The notes under the pieces are model-generated. The model did no database searches. It was not told the origin of the DNA and saw nothing but the letters and a program-made list of their open reading frames with translations. Position numbers and translations under genes: made by a program. From the NCBI RefSeq assembly GCF_036507355.1, contig NZ_AP027877.1: a stretch of DNA of 64,000 nt. One strand, 5' to 3'. The DNA comes from Escherichia coli (GTDB lineage Bacteria > Pseudomonadota > Gammaproteobacteria > Enterobacterales > Enterobacteriaceae). Of this stretch, positions 31,775 to 41,119 are shown in pieces. Within the stretch, counting starts at the first letter, position 1; every line of letters starts with the position of its first letter.

Positions 31775-32161
31775 TTACTTTCCGCGCCATTCCTTTTCCA
31801 CTTTATCCGCAAAAGCATCGCACTGCCGGGCATATTCCGGGTTATAGAGCAGCTCCGACTGCGAAAGCTGCATGGCGGTCATGCTGCCGTTACGGGCATT
31901 TGATTCGAGCCAGGTTCTGCCATAGGTTTTGTTCATCACCTGAAGTACCCGGTTGAATACCGGTCCGTTGAAGCGGGCATTGAGATTAACGCCTTTTACC
32001 TGAAGGCCGCTGTCACTGGTCTGGGTCAGGCGGGTGGAGTACATCGCGCAGAAGGTCGAGTTGGTTATCATCTGAGCGTCAGCCTGCTCGTCGGCGAACG
32101 CGCTGTGGCTGAAGGCGGAAAGCAGAATTGTGGCGGTTAACAGTTTTAAAATTTTCATCAT
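31775..32161 (-). CDS. Exported hypothetical protein (signal peptide)
   Basis: N-terminal MMKILKLLTATILLSAFSHSAFA signal peptide; 128 aa. Confidence 0.5.
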   Translation of the reverse strand: MMKILKLLTATILLSAFSHSAFADEQADAQMITNSTFCAMYSTRLTQTSDSGLQVKGVNLNARFNGPVFNRVLQVMNKTYGRTWLESNARNGSMTAMQLSQSELLYNPEYARQCDAFADKVEKEWRGK

Positions 32162-32235
32162 GTTCCCTTATGGATTGAAAAGCGGAGACAGCCTGCCATA
32201 CAGGGTGGTCAGGAGATGTCCGGCAGAGAAAAAAG

Positions 32236-32475
32236 TCAGGGTTTCAGCGAGGGAGCCAGTCGCCAGCGGTGAGGGCCAGCAGATTCGAGCACAAAGGCCA
32301 GTTGAGCGAGGTCCCGTCTTGCGGTCCGGGGAGATACGTCAAACTGCCGGATGATGTAGCGAACAGATATTGTCTGACCGTAAAACAGCACCATGGTCAG
32401 CCGGATGAGCCGTTCTCCCTGTCCGGTAGCGTGTTGCCTGCGACGATTAACGTTCATCGTTGCCATACGCGCCAT
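32236..32475 (-). pseudogene. Short HTH-only ORF resembling the N-terminal domain of a DeoR/WYL-type regulator (possible remnant)
   Basis: GERLIRLTMVLFYGQTISVRYIIRQFDVSPRTARRDLAQL is HTH_11-like; only 79 aa and overlaps the 3' end of the neighbouring gene. Confidence 0.35.
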
Positions 32476-32918
32476 CGGTCCCCTTTCTGAAAAGAATCGA
32501 GGTGTCTGGCAAGCCAGATATCAGGGCATGAATTGCCGGTAACGCAGCGGGCAGTAAACCGGTGGCAGTTAAAGTCGAGCAGGCTGTAGGGATAGCGCTG
32601 ACCCACTGCCGCCTTTGCCCGTTCAGCGGCCTGCGCACAACCCTGAGGCGTCAAATCCATACAATCGGTATACACCGAGATAGCGGAGTTCCAGCCATCG
32701 AGCCGGTCAAGAAACCCTTTAGCCTTACTTTTGATAACGGTTCCATCGCCATCAAGATGAACAATATCGCCGTTACCCACATAGATACCGCTGTGTGCGG
32801 CAAGGCCAAAAAGCAGTTCGCACTGCACGATACCACCGTAAGCCGGTTCATCGACGCAGGAGAGAATGCAGTTATCGATAAATGAATCCACGAAGTTCAG
32901 CAGCAGAAGCCGGTACAT
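32454..32918 (-). CDS. LRAT/NlpC-P60-superfamily protein (start at MYRLLLL)
   Basis: His-containing HSGIYVGNGDIVH followed by a C-terminal NCHRF motif resembling the LRAT catalytic-Cys NCEHF box. Confidence 0.5.
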   Translation of the reverse strand: MYRLLLLNFVDSFIDNCILSCVDEPAYGGIVQCELLFGLAAHSGIYVGNGDIVHLDGDGTVIKSKAKGFLDRLDGWNSAISVYTDCMDLTPQGCAQAAERAKAAVGQRYPYSLLDFNCHRFTARCVTGNSCPDIWLARHLDSFQKGDRWRVWQR

Positions 32919-32976
32919 AACATTCAGTTCCTTACTACGGGGGAGAGGGGGGATGCGGGGGAAACGTAGTGAACAC

Positions 32977-33405
32977 TCAGCTTTCCCACAACGTACGGAC
33001 CGTGAAAACCCCCATATCGTGGTAAGCCATAAAGTTACTTTCCCATAGCGACCAGAACTCACGGGCGTCGACATGAGAGATATCGCCACAACGGGAAAGC
33101 CACGTGTATTGTTGCGTCCAGCTCACATCGACATCTTTTTCAAGCTCAGGCCATGGATGCCCTGCATAATGAAAATCGGTGACGTAATCGAGCTGCCAGT
33201 CTTCTCCGGCAGGGATGAGGCGTATTTCGACCGGATGCCAGCCGCCCTTTTCCGGTGAGTATTCAGGGTCACGGAAGTTAATGGTTAATCCGGTGATGGG
33301 GTGACGATGAGGCGGTTTTTGCGCGAGGATATCCAGAAGCAGTTGGGTGAACGACCGGGAGAGAGGCAGCACATAGCCGCCCTGCAATATTACGGGTGAT
33401 GACAT
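32977..33405 (-). CDS. Hypothetical protein (142 aa)
   Basis: ATG ORF, same strand and closely spaced with neighbours; no family recognised. Confidence 0.45.
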   Translation of the reverse strand: MSSPVILQGGYVLPLSRSFTQLLLDILAQKPPHRHPITGLTINFRDPEYSPEKGGWHPVEIRLIPAGEDWQLDYVTDFHYAGHPWPELEKDVDVSWTQQYTWLSRCGDISHVDAREFWSLWESNFMAYHDMGVFTVRTLWES

Positions 33406-33451
33406 AGTGAATTTCCTGATTTTTGGTTAACAGAACACAGAAAAAGCGGGG

Positions 33452-33883
33452 TTAGTCCTGGCTGAGCGTAGCAAGCTGCGTCATACGATGCTGCCAGTCG
33501 GCATAGCAGCGGTGCATAAAGAGTCTGCTGCTGTCCGCTTCGATAAGGCAGATATCCGGACTTCTGAGTACGGCGGCAAGAAACCCGGCGTTGTTGGTGC
33601 TGCCCTGACCAAATAGTGGTCGAAACACACGCGACGGAAAGCTGTCCTGCTGCTGTTCAAGAATGGCGTGAATCGCATCAAGCGTTATCCATTCACGGGA
33701 GAACAGGCCTCCTTCGCCATTGGCGGTTAAGCGCAGGGCGAGGCTTCCGGTTTCATCCTCCTTACCCAGCTCATACGTCAGCAGTCCCTTACTGTGTGGA
33801 CTGATTTTCTCGGCTTCACCCCTGTAGAACACGGTATAGCTTTCGGTGACGGCGGCTTCGGTAGCGACTTTTTTCTTACTCAT
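33452..33883 (-). CDS. Hypothetical protein (143 aa)
   Basis: ORF whose start overlaps the stop of the upstream gene by 8 nt. Confidence 0.45.
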   Translation of the reverse strand: MSKKKVATEAAVTESYTVFYRGEAEKISPHSKGLLTYELGKEDETGSLALRLTANGEGGLFSREWITLDAIHAILEQQQDSFPSRVFRPLFGQGSTNNAGFLAAVLRSPDICLIEADSSRLFMHRCYADWQHRMTQLATLSQD

Positions 33884-34247
33884 GGTTCAGCGCCTCAATC
33901 AGGTTCTGGAGTTGAGTGATAACGGTCGTGTCCGGGAACACCAGATAGATACCCTGTCCGTTATCGCAGACGATACCGAGCAGGAGATACCAGCCATCAT
34001 CAAGTGCGGTGACGTATTCCGGGTTAGCCAGTGCCACTGCCAGCAGCGGGTCTTCGGGGAGGGTGTCATCGTGGTTGAGATGCCAGAGCAGGGTTCTTGT
34101 TTCTTTCCAGAAAGCAGTAAACAGGTCGATATCATCTACGGGGCCAAGAATTTCATTGCTGAGGGCTTCCAGCGCGGAGGCTGGCAGGTTGAGAAGGGAA
34201 ATACTGGTAGGGGTTGTGAGTTTGTACATAGTTATCTCCATCATCAA
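33876..34247 (-). CDS. Hypothetical protein (123 aa)
   Basis: First gene of a four-gene minus-strand cluster; no family recognised. Confidence 0.4.
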   Translation of the reverse strand: MMMEITMYKLTTPTSISLLNLPASALEALSNEILGPVDDIDLFTAFWKETRTLLWHLNHDDTLPEDPLLAVALANPEYVTALDDGWYLLLGIVCDNGQGIYLVFPDTTVITQLQNLIEALNHE

Positions 34248-34457
34248 TCGAATATCATGGAAATAATATGTGTCCGTTTTAAGGGCTATTACAGGCTTGG
34301 TGTGTTGGATTTGTTTTTCTTATTACGAACAAATAGCGACTGGCTCAGGCCGGGATTGTTTAGAGACAGATTCAGCATAGATTCGTAAAAATAAAAACTA
34401 TTAGCGCGAGATCCTCTGTTTATGCCGTGACAGTTAACTGATAGGAGGCTTGTTGGT

Positions 34458-35163
34458 TGGATTTGCCCCTATATTTCCAGACACCTGTTATCACTTAACC
34501 CATTACTGGCCCGCTGCCGCAGATATTCCCGTGGCGAGCGATAACCCAGCGCACTATGCGGATGCCATTCGTTATAATGCTCGAACGCCTCTGCAAGGTT
34601 CTTTGCTGCCGTTAACCCGTCTGGTTTGGGCATGATACTTATGTAGTCACGCTTTATCGTTTTCACGAAGCTCTCTGCTATTCCGTTACTCTCCGGACTC
34701 CGCACTGCCGTGTTCTTCGGTTCAAGTCCCAACATCCTGGCGAACTGACGTGTTTCATTCGCCCGGTAGCATGAACCATTATCCGTCAGCCACTCCACTG
34801 GAGACGCCGGAAGCTCGCTGCCAAAGCGGCGTTCCACTGCTCCCAGCATGACGTCCTGTACTGTTTCACTGTCGAAGCCACCCGTTGTGACCCCCCAGTG
34901 CAGTGCCTCACGGTCACAGCAGTCCAACGCGAACGTGACCCGCAGTTTTTCTCCGTTATCACAGCGGAACTCAAACCCGTCAGAGCACCATCGCTGATTA
35001 CTTTCTTTCACAGCCACTCTGCCGGTATGTGCCCGTTTCGATGGCGGTACAGCGGGTTTTCGCTCAAGCAACAGCGCATTCTGGCGCATGATCCGGTAAA
35101 CACGTTTGGCATTGATCGCAGGCATACCATCAAGTTCTGTTTGTCTGCGAAGCAGCGCCCATA
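34458..35163 (-). mobile_element. IS2 fragment (right-hand about 0.7 kb: 3' part of insD plus the right inverted repeat); the left half is missing
   Basis: tggatttgcccctatatttccagacacctgttatcacttaa at 34458-34498 matches the recalled IS2 right IR; the adjacent ORF matches InsD from [10 protein letters not shown] to ...NRCLEI. Confidence 0.85.
34469..35125 (-). pseudogene. insD: IS2 transposase InsD, C-terminal about 218 codons only
   Basis: Translation matches the recalled InsD C-terminal two-thirds; homology extends upstream to about 35163 ([12 protein letters not shown]) and then stops. Confidence 0.85.
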
Positions 35164-35636
35164 ACGCAGCCCTTGCCTTACTGGTGTTTCTGGCCCTGAC
35201 CGGATTACGCCTTGGTGAAACCCGTTATCTTCTGCTTGAGGATATCGACTGGTCCCGTCAGACCATCACTTTGCGAGAAACTAAAAACGGTAAGCTTCGC
35301 TGTGTGCCAGTGGGTGATAAGGCCTTTGTTCTTCTGACTGAGCAGCGCCAGCACTTGGGCGATAAAGGCTGGGTTTTCCCCGGCTATAACACAACTAATC
35401 CGGTTGCAGAACCACGCCGTCTGCAAAAGCGTATATGTGAGAAAGCCGGTATTTCACCATTCACTATTCATGAGATGCGACACACTTTCGCCACGAAACT
35501 TATCGAGAGTGGGGCTGACATCCATACCATCAAAGATTTACTGGGCCACAGCACCATAAAGGTTACCGAGAGGTACCTACATGGCAGCCCGGTGCGCTAC
35601 CACGAGGCCATTAACAAGGCGATGGATACGTTCTAG
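35160..35636 (+). pseudogene. Tyrosine recombinase (phage-type integrase), C-terminal catalytic domain only, N-terminus replaced by the IS2 fragment
   Basis: [17 protein letters not shown] (box I), HEMRHTFAT and LLGHSTIKVTERYLH (box II with catalytic Tyr) motifs; abuts the IS2 fragment. Confidence 0.7.
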
Positions 35637-35717
35637 GTATAAGCATAACTATCCACAGGCAGGTTAGTTCCTTTTTCCCTGCACGCGATTTATCTGTTTT
35701 TAATTGAGGATTAGATA

Positions 35718-37643
35718 ATGAATAACATAGTGACACCCGCCCCCTTAACGACAATGGCGCGTTTTGCCTGTTCGAAACTGAATGGATTTCTGGCTCGTCG
35801 GGCTTTGCATCAGGCAAATGCGAAGAAAATCCTTAAAAAGGCAATTGCAATCAGCATTGCGGTCGATGAGATTTCGGCAAAAGGGGGGCGTGATGGTCTG
35901 CCTGATGGGTTTGTTAACTCACCGCATGGGCTTTTTTATGATGATGGCAAAAAAGTGTTTCAGCTCAGTTCTACTGCTATTGTTCCCGTCAGCAGGCATT
36001 ATTCAGCGTGTAAGAAGCGCAATATGGGTGTCGAACTCATGACCATTAATCATGCGGGTCAGTATGTCTGCGCTGAAATTTCACTGAGCAACGTTACGCT
36101 AAACCCCGATAGTGTGATTGGCTCCCTGACAGCGCAAGGTTTCGGTATCCCTATGACGGTAAAGACGAAAGAGCTGTTGGCGCAGTTCTTACAGACATGT
36201 ATGAAGCAAGCGCTGGCTCTCCCTACCTACCTTGTCGCTGATTCAATGGGATTTGTACCCGGCAAGAAAGCGTTCTTACATGGCAATATGCCTTTAGCAC
36301 AGAACATCCCTGGGTTTGATTACCTTATTTCCGTTCAGCGTACACCCGCAGGGATCGTTGAGTCCGGCACGCTGGATGCGTGGAAGGCTCTGGTGAAAAA
36401 GAATGTCCATGGATGGCCACAGATTTTTGCATTGTGTTCTGCCTTTGCGTCCATGCTGGTTGCATTGTGTAAAATGGATGTGGCGATGTTTCACTTCTAT
36501 GGTGGGTCAACGACTGGAAAAACGATCCTTCTCCAGCTTGCGATGTCAGTTCATGGTCATGGCGGGGAGCCGGGAAGTGGAAAGCTTGTCAATGTTCTTC
36601 GCTGGAATACCACGGTGAATGCGCTAGAGAAGCGACTGAGTCAGTTCTCAGGCCTGCTGGCATGTGTGGATGAGTTGGGGGCTTATAAACAAAAGGACTT
36701 CGCTTCGCTCCTGTACAACATTACCGCCGGTCAGGGTAAAAGCAGAATGGACAAGAATCTGGATATACGTGAGCTTTATACATGGGAAATGTTAATTCTC
36801 TCCGCAGGTGAAATGTCCATTTCTGAGAAGCTAGCGACGGAAAAAGAACATCTTCAGGGTGGACAGGAACATCGCGCCATTAGCCTCAATGTTTTGCCTG
36901 AAGATGCCCGTAAAGACGGCGAATCATCAGAAAGGGTACGCTGCCGCGCTGATAGTCTGAAAAATGGCCTGAGTGAAGTTTATGGTACGGCGGGTAAGGA
37001 ATTTATTGCTAATTTGCTGGCACTGGATAATGACGATGATGAACCGCAGTCCTGGGATGAAATGTGCCTGTCTATTCAGGGGGCAGTAGAAGAACAACGT
37101 GACAGTCTTGTCGGTGAGCTGCAGGAAGAAGGTTATGCACTTAGTGACATTCAGCTGCGTGCATTAAAACGATTTTCCCTATGTTTGTGTGCCGGAATCC
37201 TGGCAGCATCATGGAATATCCTTCCGTTCAGTGAAGATATTATTAAGGGTGCGGTAATGAGCGCGGCTCGTCGCTGGCTGGATGATAAACCAAACCAGTA
37301 TAGCCCACTAAAGCAGGTGCTTACGGCTATCCAGCACGATCTTCTCACAACCAGAGCGTCCCATTTAATGCCGTTGCTTGATGAGGATGCGCATACCCCA
37401 TACAACCACTGGGGGTACACGGATAAGAACGATAACATGATGATTTTCGCTCCTGTTTTTGAAGGCTGGTGTGCCAAAAAAGGCATTAAACCTGCTGATG
37501 TGGCGAAAGCATTGGCAAAAAAAAATCACCTCAAACCAGAAAGTCAGGGCCACTACAAAAAACGTCCTCAGAAGGGAGTTCAGCAACCTTTTTATCTGGT
37601 TATGAATACATTTCTTGGCTGTAACATTGGCGCTGACTTTTAA
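35718..37643 (+). CDS. DUF927-like P-loop protein (putative primase/helicase-associated replication protein of an integrative element)
   Basis: Central P-loop FYGGSTTGKTILLQ and Walker-B-like LLACVDELG; 641 aa; sits next to integrase genes. Confidence 0.6.
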   Translation: MNNIVTPAPLTTMARFACSKLNGFLARRALHQANAKKILKKAIAISIAVDEISAKGGRDGLPDGFVNSPHGLFYDDGKKVFQLSSTAIVPVSRHYSACKKRNMGVELMTINHAGQYVCAEISLSNVTLNPDSVIGSLTAQGFGIPMTVKTKELLAQFLQTCMKQALALPTYLVADSMGFVPGKKAFLHGNMPLAQNIPGFDYLISVQRTPAGIVESGTLDAWKALVKKNVHGWPQIFALCSAFASMLVALCKMDVAMFHFYGGSTTGKTILLQLAMSVHGHGGEPGSGKLVNVLRWNTTVNALEKRLSQFSGLLACVDELGAYKQKDFASLLYNITAGQGKSRMDKNLDIRELYTWEMLILSAGEMSISEKLATEKEHLQGGQEHRAISLNVLPEDARKDGESSERVRCRADSLKNGLSEVYGTAGKEFIANLLALDNDDDEPQSWDEMCLSIQGAVEEQRDSLVGELQEEGYALSDIQLRALKRFSLCLCAGILAASWNILPFSEDIIKGAVMSAARRWLDDKPNQYSPLKQVLTAIQHDLLTTRASHLMPLLDEDAHTPYNHWGYTDKNDNMMIFAPVFEGWCAKKGIKPADVAKALAKKNHLKPESQGHYKKRPQKGVQQPFYLVMNTFLGCNIGADF

Positions 37644-37818
37644 GAGGGAGCAGGAATAGAGATTAAATAATATAAGGTTAATTAAGATTTTCCGTGCCGT
37701 AATTTAAATTGTAGGATCCGGAAATATAATCTGAATGCTCAGAGGGCAGGTTGTGCACAAAATGGGCATTTAATTTTTTAATTATTCAACATATATATCA
37801 ACTAAAGGTAATTTTAAA

Positions 37819-38238
37819 ATGTATCATACAACTCCTGATGAATGTCCTGAGTTTCCACAGGCGATTAGTTCCGAAAATGTGGGGAAAGTAAAATTTACAC
37901 GTTACAGGCTCTTAATGACACAGGCTCAATGCAATTTTTATGGTATTCAACGAGAGATTTTTGATGGCGAATTTCCTGCTCTTAGAGCAATTGTTAAAGG
38001 TGATTTTCAAATCGAATTTTTTGTGAAATATAAGTGTAGAGGGCTGGATTACTATGGTTCTCTTGGTGATTGGCCTCATATGACAATTAGTGATGCAAAA
38101 GAAATCGCAGAGGGAGTTTTCAATAACTGCGATGACTCCCACCGTAATAACTGGGAGGGTGAAAATGATAGCGATAGTATCGAAGAAGACATGATGAGCT
38201 ATTTTGAAAATGGTATTCCATTCGGCAATAATTCATAG
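37819..38238 (+). CDS. Hypothetical protein (139 aa)
   Basis: AT-rich ATG ORF followed by a strong terminator hairpin. Confidence 0.4.
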   Translation: MYHTTPDECPEFPQAISSENVGKVKFTRYRLLMTQAQCNFYGIQREIFDGEFPALRAIVKGDFQIEFFVKYKCRGLDYYGSLGDWPHMTISDAKEIAEGVFNNCDDSHRNNWEGENDSDSIEEDMMSYFENGIPFGNNS

Positions 38239-38336
38239 GTTTATACTGGATTTTCACGTCAGTAACGAAATCGAAATTCGCACATGAAAACATCTATATC
38301 TATGAGGTAGTTACTTATCGATAAACGACTGTGAAA

Positions 38337-38364
38337 GCAGAGGGGCGGCCCCTCTGCTTTTTTT
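38337..38364. terminator. Bidirectional rho-independent terminator
   Basis: gcagagggg-cggc-cccctctgc stem-loop followed by a T7 run, between a plus-strand ORF and the convergent integrase gene. Confidence 0.55.
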
Positions 38365-38365
38365 G

Positions 38366-39553
38366 CTACAACGTATCGGGTAACTGAGCGCGGATACGTT
38401 CCGCCAGTAACTGACTGGTGTTCTGTAAGCGCTGAGGATGAAGATGTGCATAACGCTGTGAAGACTGACTGCTACGGTGCCCCAGTTGAGCCTGAACGTC
38501 ATATAGCGTACCGCCGTAGGACACGATGAGGGCGGCAACCGAATGGCGGCAGGTATGGATACACACTTCCTTGTCGAAAATTCCCGCCCGACGCACGATA
38601 CGCTGAAAGGCTTTAACCGGGTTACTCAGCGGCATTCCCTGTTTTTTACCAATAAACAACCACGGATTTCCCCGCTGCGTTGGCAGCGTTCTGATTACGT
38701 CCATCGCCAGTGAGTTAAGGTGAACAATCCGTCCATAGCCATTCTTGGTTTCAGGGAGCCACAGGGTGCGTTTAACCGGGTCAACATGCTCCCACTTTGC
38801 CAGACGCAGCTCATCGCGGCGAAGGCCGGTCAATAACAGCAGTTTGACATAGCGGGCAGCTACAGGGCTGGTATCGTTATCGGCGGAGAGAAAAATACGA
38901 CGAATTTCGTCCTCGGTAAAATAACGCTGTCGGGCGTTGTTCTCCCTGAGTAGCTGTACCACCCTTGCCGGATGAACAGAGGTCATGCTTTGCCTTCCGG
39001 CCCATGTAAAGACGGCTTTAATGAGTACGATGACACGGTTACAGGTAGCCGCTGACAGGGAAGTACTTAACGTCTGCTGAAGGCGCAGAATGCTCGCTGG
39101 TGTGATATCGCTCAGCAGCCTCTGACCAATGGCGGGACGGATATGATCGCGGTAGCGCTGAACATCCTTTCCCCAACTGCGTTTAGCGGATTTTGCCCAT
39201 GGCAGATAATGCTGATTAAAGAGTTCATCGAACGTCAGCTCCATTCTCTTGTTTTCACGCTCCTGCTTAGGGTCAGTGCCGGTGGCAAGGGAACGTTTGT
39301 GTTCTATGGCAATCTGACGGGCAAGATTGACGTCCACTTCAGGCCAGTGACCAATGGCGATGGCGCGTTTTCGTCCATGATAGAGGTAGCGGAGCAAAAA
39401 CTTTTTACGACCTTCTTTTCTGCTGACCAGACACTTGAGGCCGGAAATCTCGGTGTCGCTGTATTCGGCATCGGTGCTGCGTGCATCTGATGTGTTAGGG
39501 GGCAGTGATTTAATGAGCTGATTAGTAAAACGGAAGCGTTTGGGAGTGGACAT
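38366..39553 (-). CDS. int: P4-type tyrosine integrase (DUF4102 arm-binding N-domain plus catalytic domain), apparently intact
   Basis: N-terminal ...LKCLVSRKEGRKKFLLRYLYHGRKRAIAIGHWPEVDVNLARQ (DUF4102-like); C-terminal HTCRHSVA...LGHRSSQSSQRYAH catalytic motifs; strong SD (aggagg) before the ATG. Confidence 0.85.
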   Translation of the reverse strand: MSTPKRFRFTNQLIKSLPPNTSDARSTDAEYSDTEISGLKCLVSRKEGRKKFLLRYLYHGRKRAIAIGHWPEVDVNLARQIAIEHKRSLATGTDPKQERENKRMELTFDELFNQHYLPWAKSAKRSWGKDVQRYRDHIRPAIGQRLLSDITPASILRLQQTLSTSLSAATCNRVIVLIKAVFTWAGRQSMTSVHPARVVQLLRENNARQRYFTEDEIRRIFLSADNDTSPVAARYVKLLLLTGLRRDELRLAKWEHVDPVKRTLWLPETKNGYGRIVHLNSLAMDVIRTLPTQRGNPWLFIGKKQGMPLSNPVKAFQRIVRRAGIFDKEVCIHTCRHSVAALIVSYGGTLYDVQAQLGHRSSQSSQRYAHLHPQRLQNTSQLLAERIRAQLPDTL

Positions 39554-40066
39554 ATAACCTCCTGTGACTGGTGTAAAGAACGTCAGGGTTGACCCATCCC
39601 CGGCACGGCGTTGTTAATGGCTAAGTTGATTTTCTGGCATGGCGAAGGGAATGCTGGTGCCACATGGTATGAATTAAGACGGGAAATGCAGAAAGAGCAG
39701 GCTTTACGGTCTGATTCTGGTCTTAAGGGAAAAGATTGCCGTTGGGGAAGAGTTCACAGAAATAATATGTGTTTCAGTCTAGAACAATTACATGCCATGA
39801 GGATCAAGAGAGTTGCCCGTATATGGCAGGTATCAAAGTTGGTTATGGATGTTGCCAAAACATAGTGGGGATGGATGTTGAAGTGCTAACTTGATGTTTT
39901 TAATGGGAAAGTGTAAATTGCGTGATGCGTTGCACTCATGTAGATAACACCATTGAAAGTATCAAATTGTTTGAAAAAAAATCATCTTTGATCAACCTTA
40001 AGATTGTTTCTAGATGGTAAAATCTTCATATGGGAAAGAGCTCACTGGTAAGGAAGACAAATCCTG

Positions 40067-41119
40067 ATGGGGATCATCGTACGAATTCTTAAAGCTAACC
40101 ATGGCGATTGCATTTTGGTGAGCCATGAAAGCGGTTCAGGCACTCTCAACTTGCTCATTGATGGGGGACCTGCGACGACATTCAGGTATGGCATTAGGCA
40201 GCGCTATTCTGGAGCATTGAGTAACGCTCTCGATGATCTGAAAGGAAAGGGGCAAAACATTGATCTGGCTATCCTGACCCACATTGATGATGATCACATA
40301 AATGGTTTTATCAAGGCATTCGAAAGTCCAAACTATCTGCGTCAGCTGGTTAAATCGATCTGGTTCAATTCTTCGAGGTTAATCACACATCATTTTAATG
40401 TGCCTGAAATTTGTGAAAATAATATTTTCTTGCAGGAAGTTTCCCCTGAAACTAGCGTTAAACAGGGGCAAGAACTTGAGGCATTACTTGATGAAATCGG
40501 ATGTGTGCGAGCACCGCTCATTATGGCAGGGCAAATCTACAAAGTAGGCCCGATTACTTTAACAGCACTTTCACCTGAACGAAGACAACTCGAACAGCTT
40601 TTGCATAAGTGGCCAACGGAAGTAAGTTCAGCTGACACTTCTTCATATGAGAATGATTATCACCGTTCATTGGACGAAATTTGGGCAGATGATAGATTTG
40701 AATCTGACTCATCTATTTATAATGGAAGCTCAATTGCATTTTTACTGGAAACAGATGACAAAAAAATGCTTTTTTTAGGAGACGCCAATGACCAAGTTGT
40801 TACAAAAAATTTAAGAGCATTGGGCTATAGCGAAACAAACAAGTTGAAGCTGGATCTGGTTAAAGTTTCGCATCATGGTAGTCAATACAACACAAGCAAC
40901 GAATTTCTTTCAATACTAGATTCTCCATGCTTTGTTATTTCAACCAATGGTTCGAAGCATGGTCTTCCTAATAAAAGGACTATTGCAAGGATCTTAAAGG
41001 AAACAGATGGTGATATTTATTTTAATTACAGCAATGTAATTACTCCGCTGCTTTTAGCGCATGAAGCTGAGAGCTATTCTTCTCGTCTAAAAGTGCTAGG
41101 TGATGAGATTAAATTCTAA
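40067..41119 (+). CDS. Metallo-beta-lactamase-fold hydrolase (candidate nuclease/effector); gene 1 of the candidate defence operon
   Basis: MBL motifs HGDC, THIDDDH, SHHGS; 350 aa; AT-rich. Confidence 0.7.
   Translation: MGIIVRILKANHGDCILVSHESGSGTLNLLIDGGPATTFRYGIRQRYSGALSNALDDLKGKGQNIDLAILTHIDDDHINGFIKAFESPNYLRQLVKSIWFNSSRLITHHFNVPEICENNIFLQEVSPETSVKQGQELEALLDEIGCVRAPLIMAGQIYKVGPITLTALSPERRQLEQLLHKWPTEVSSADTSSYENDYHRSLDEIWADDRFESDSSIYNGSSIAFLLETDDKKMLFLGDANDQVVTKNLRALGYSETNKLKLDLVKVSHHGSQYNTSNEFLSILDSPCFVISTNGSKHGLPNKRTIARILKETDGDIYFNYSNVITPLLLAHEAESYSSRLKVLGDEIKF

Noticed and set aside
39611-39865. 84-aa ORF in the integrase / MBL-gene divergent intergenic region
   Set aside because: No SD, odd composition, and it lies in what is more likely the promoter region for the integrase and the defence operon; kept only as a possible small-protein candidate, not called.
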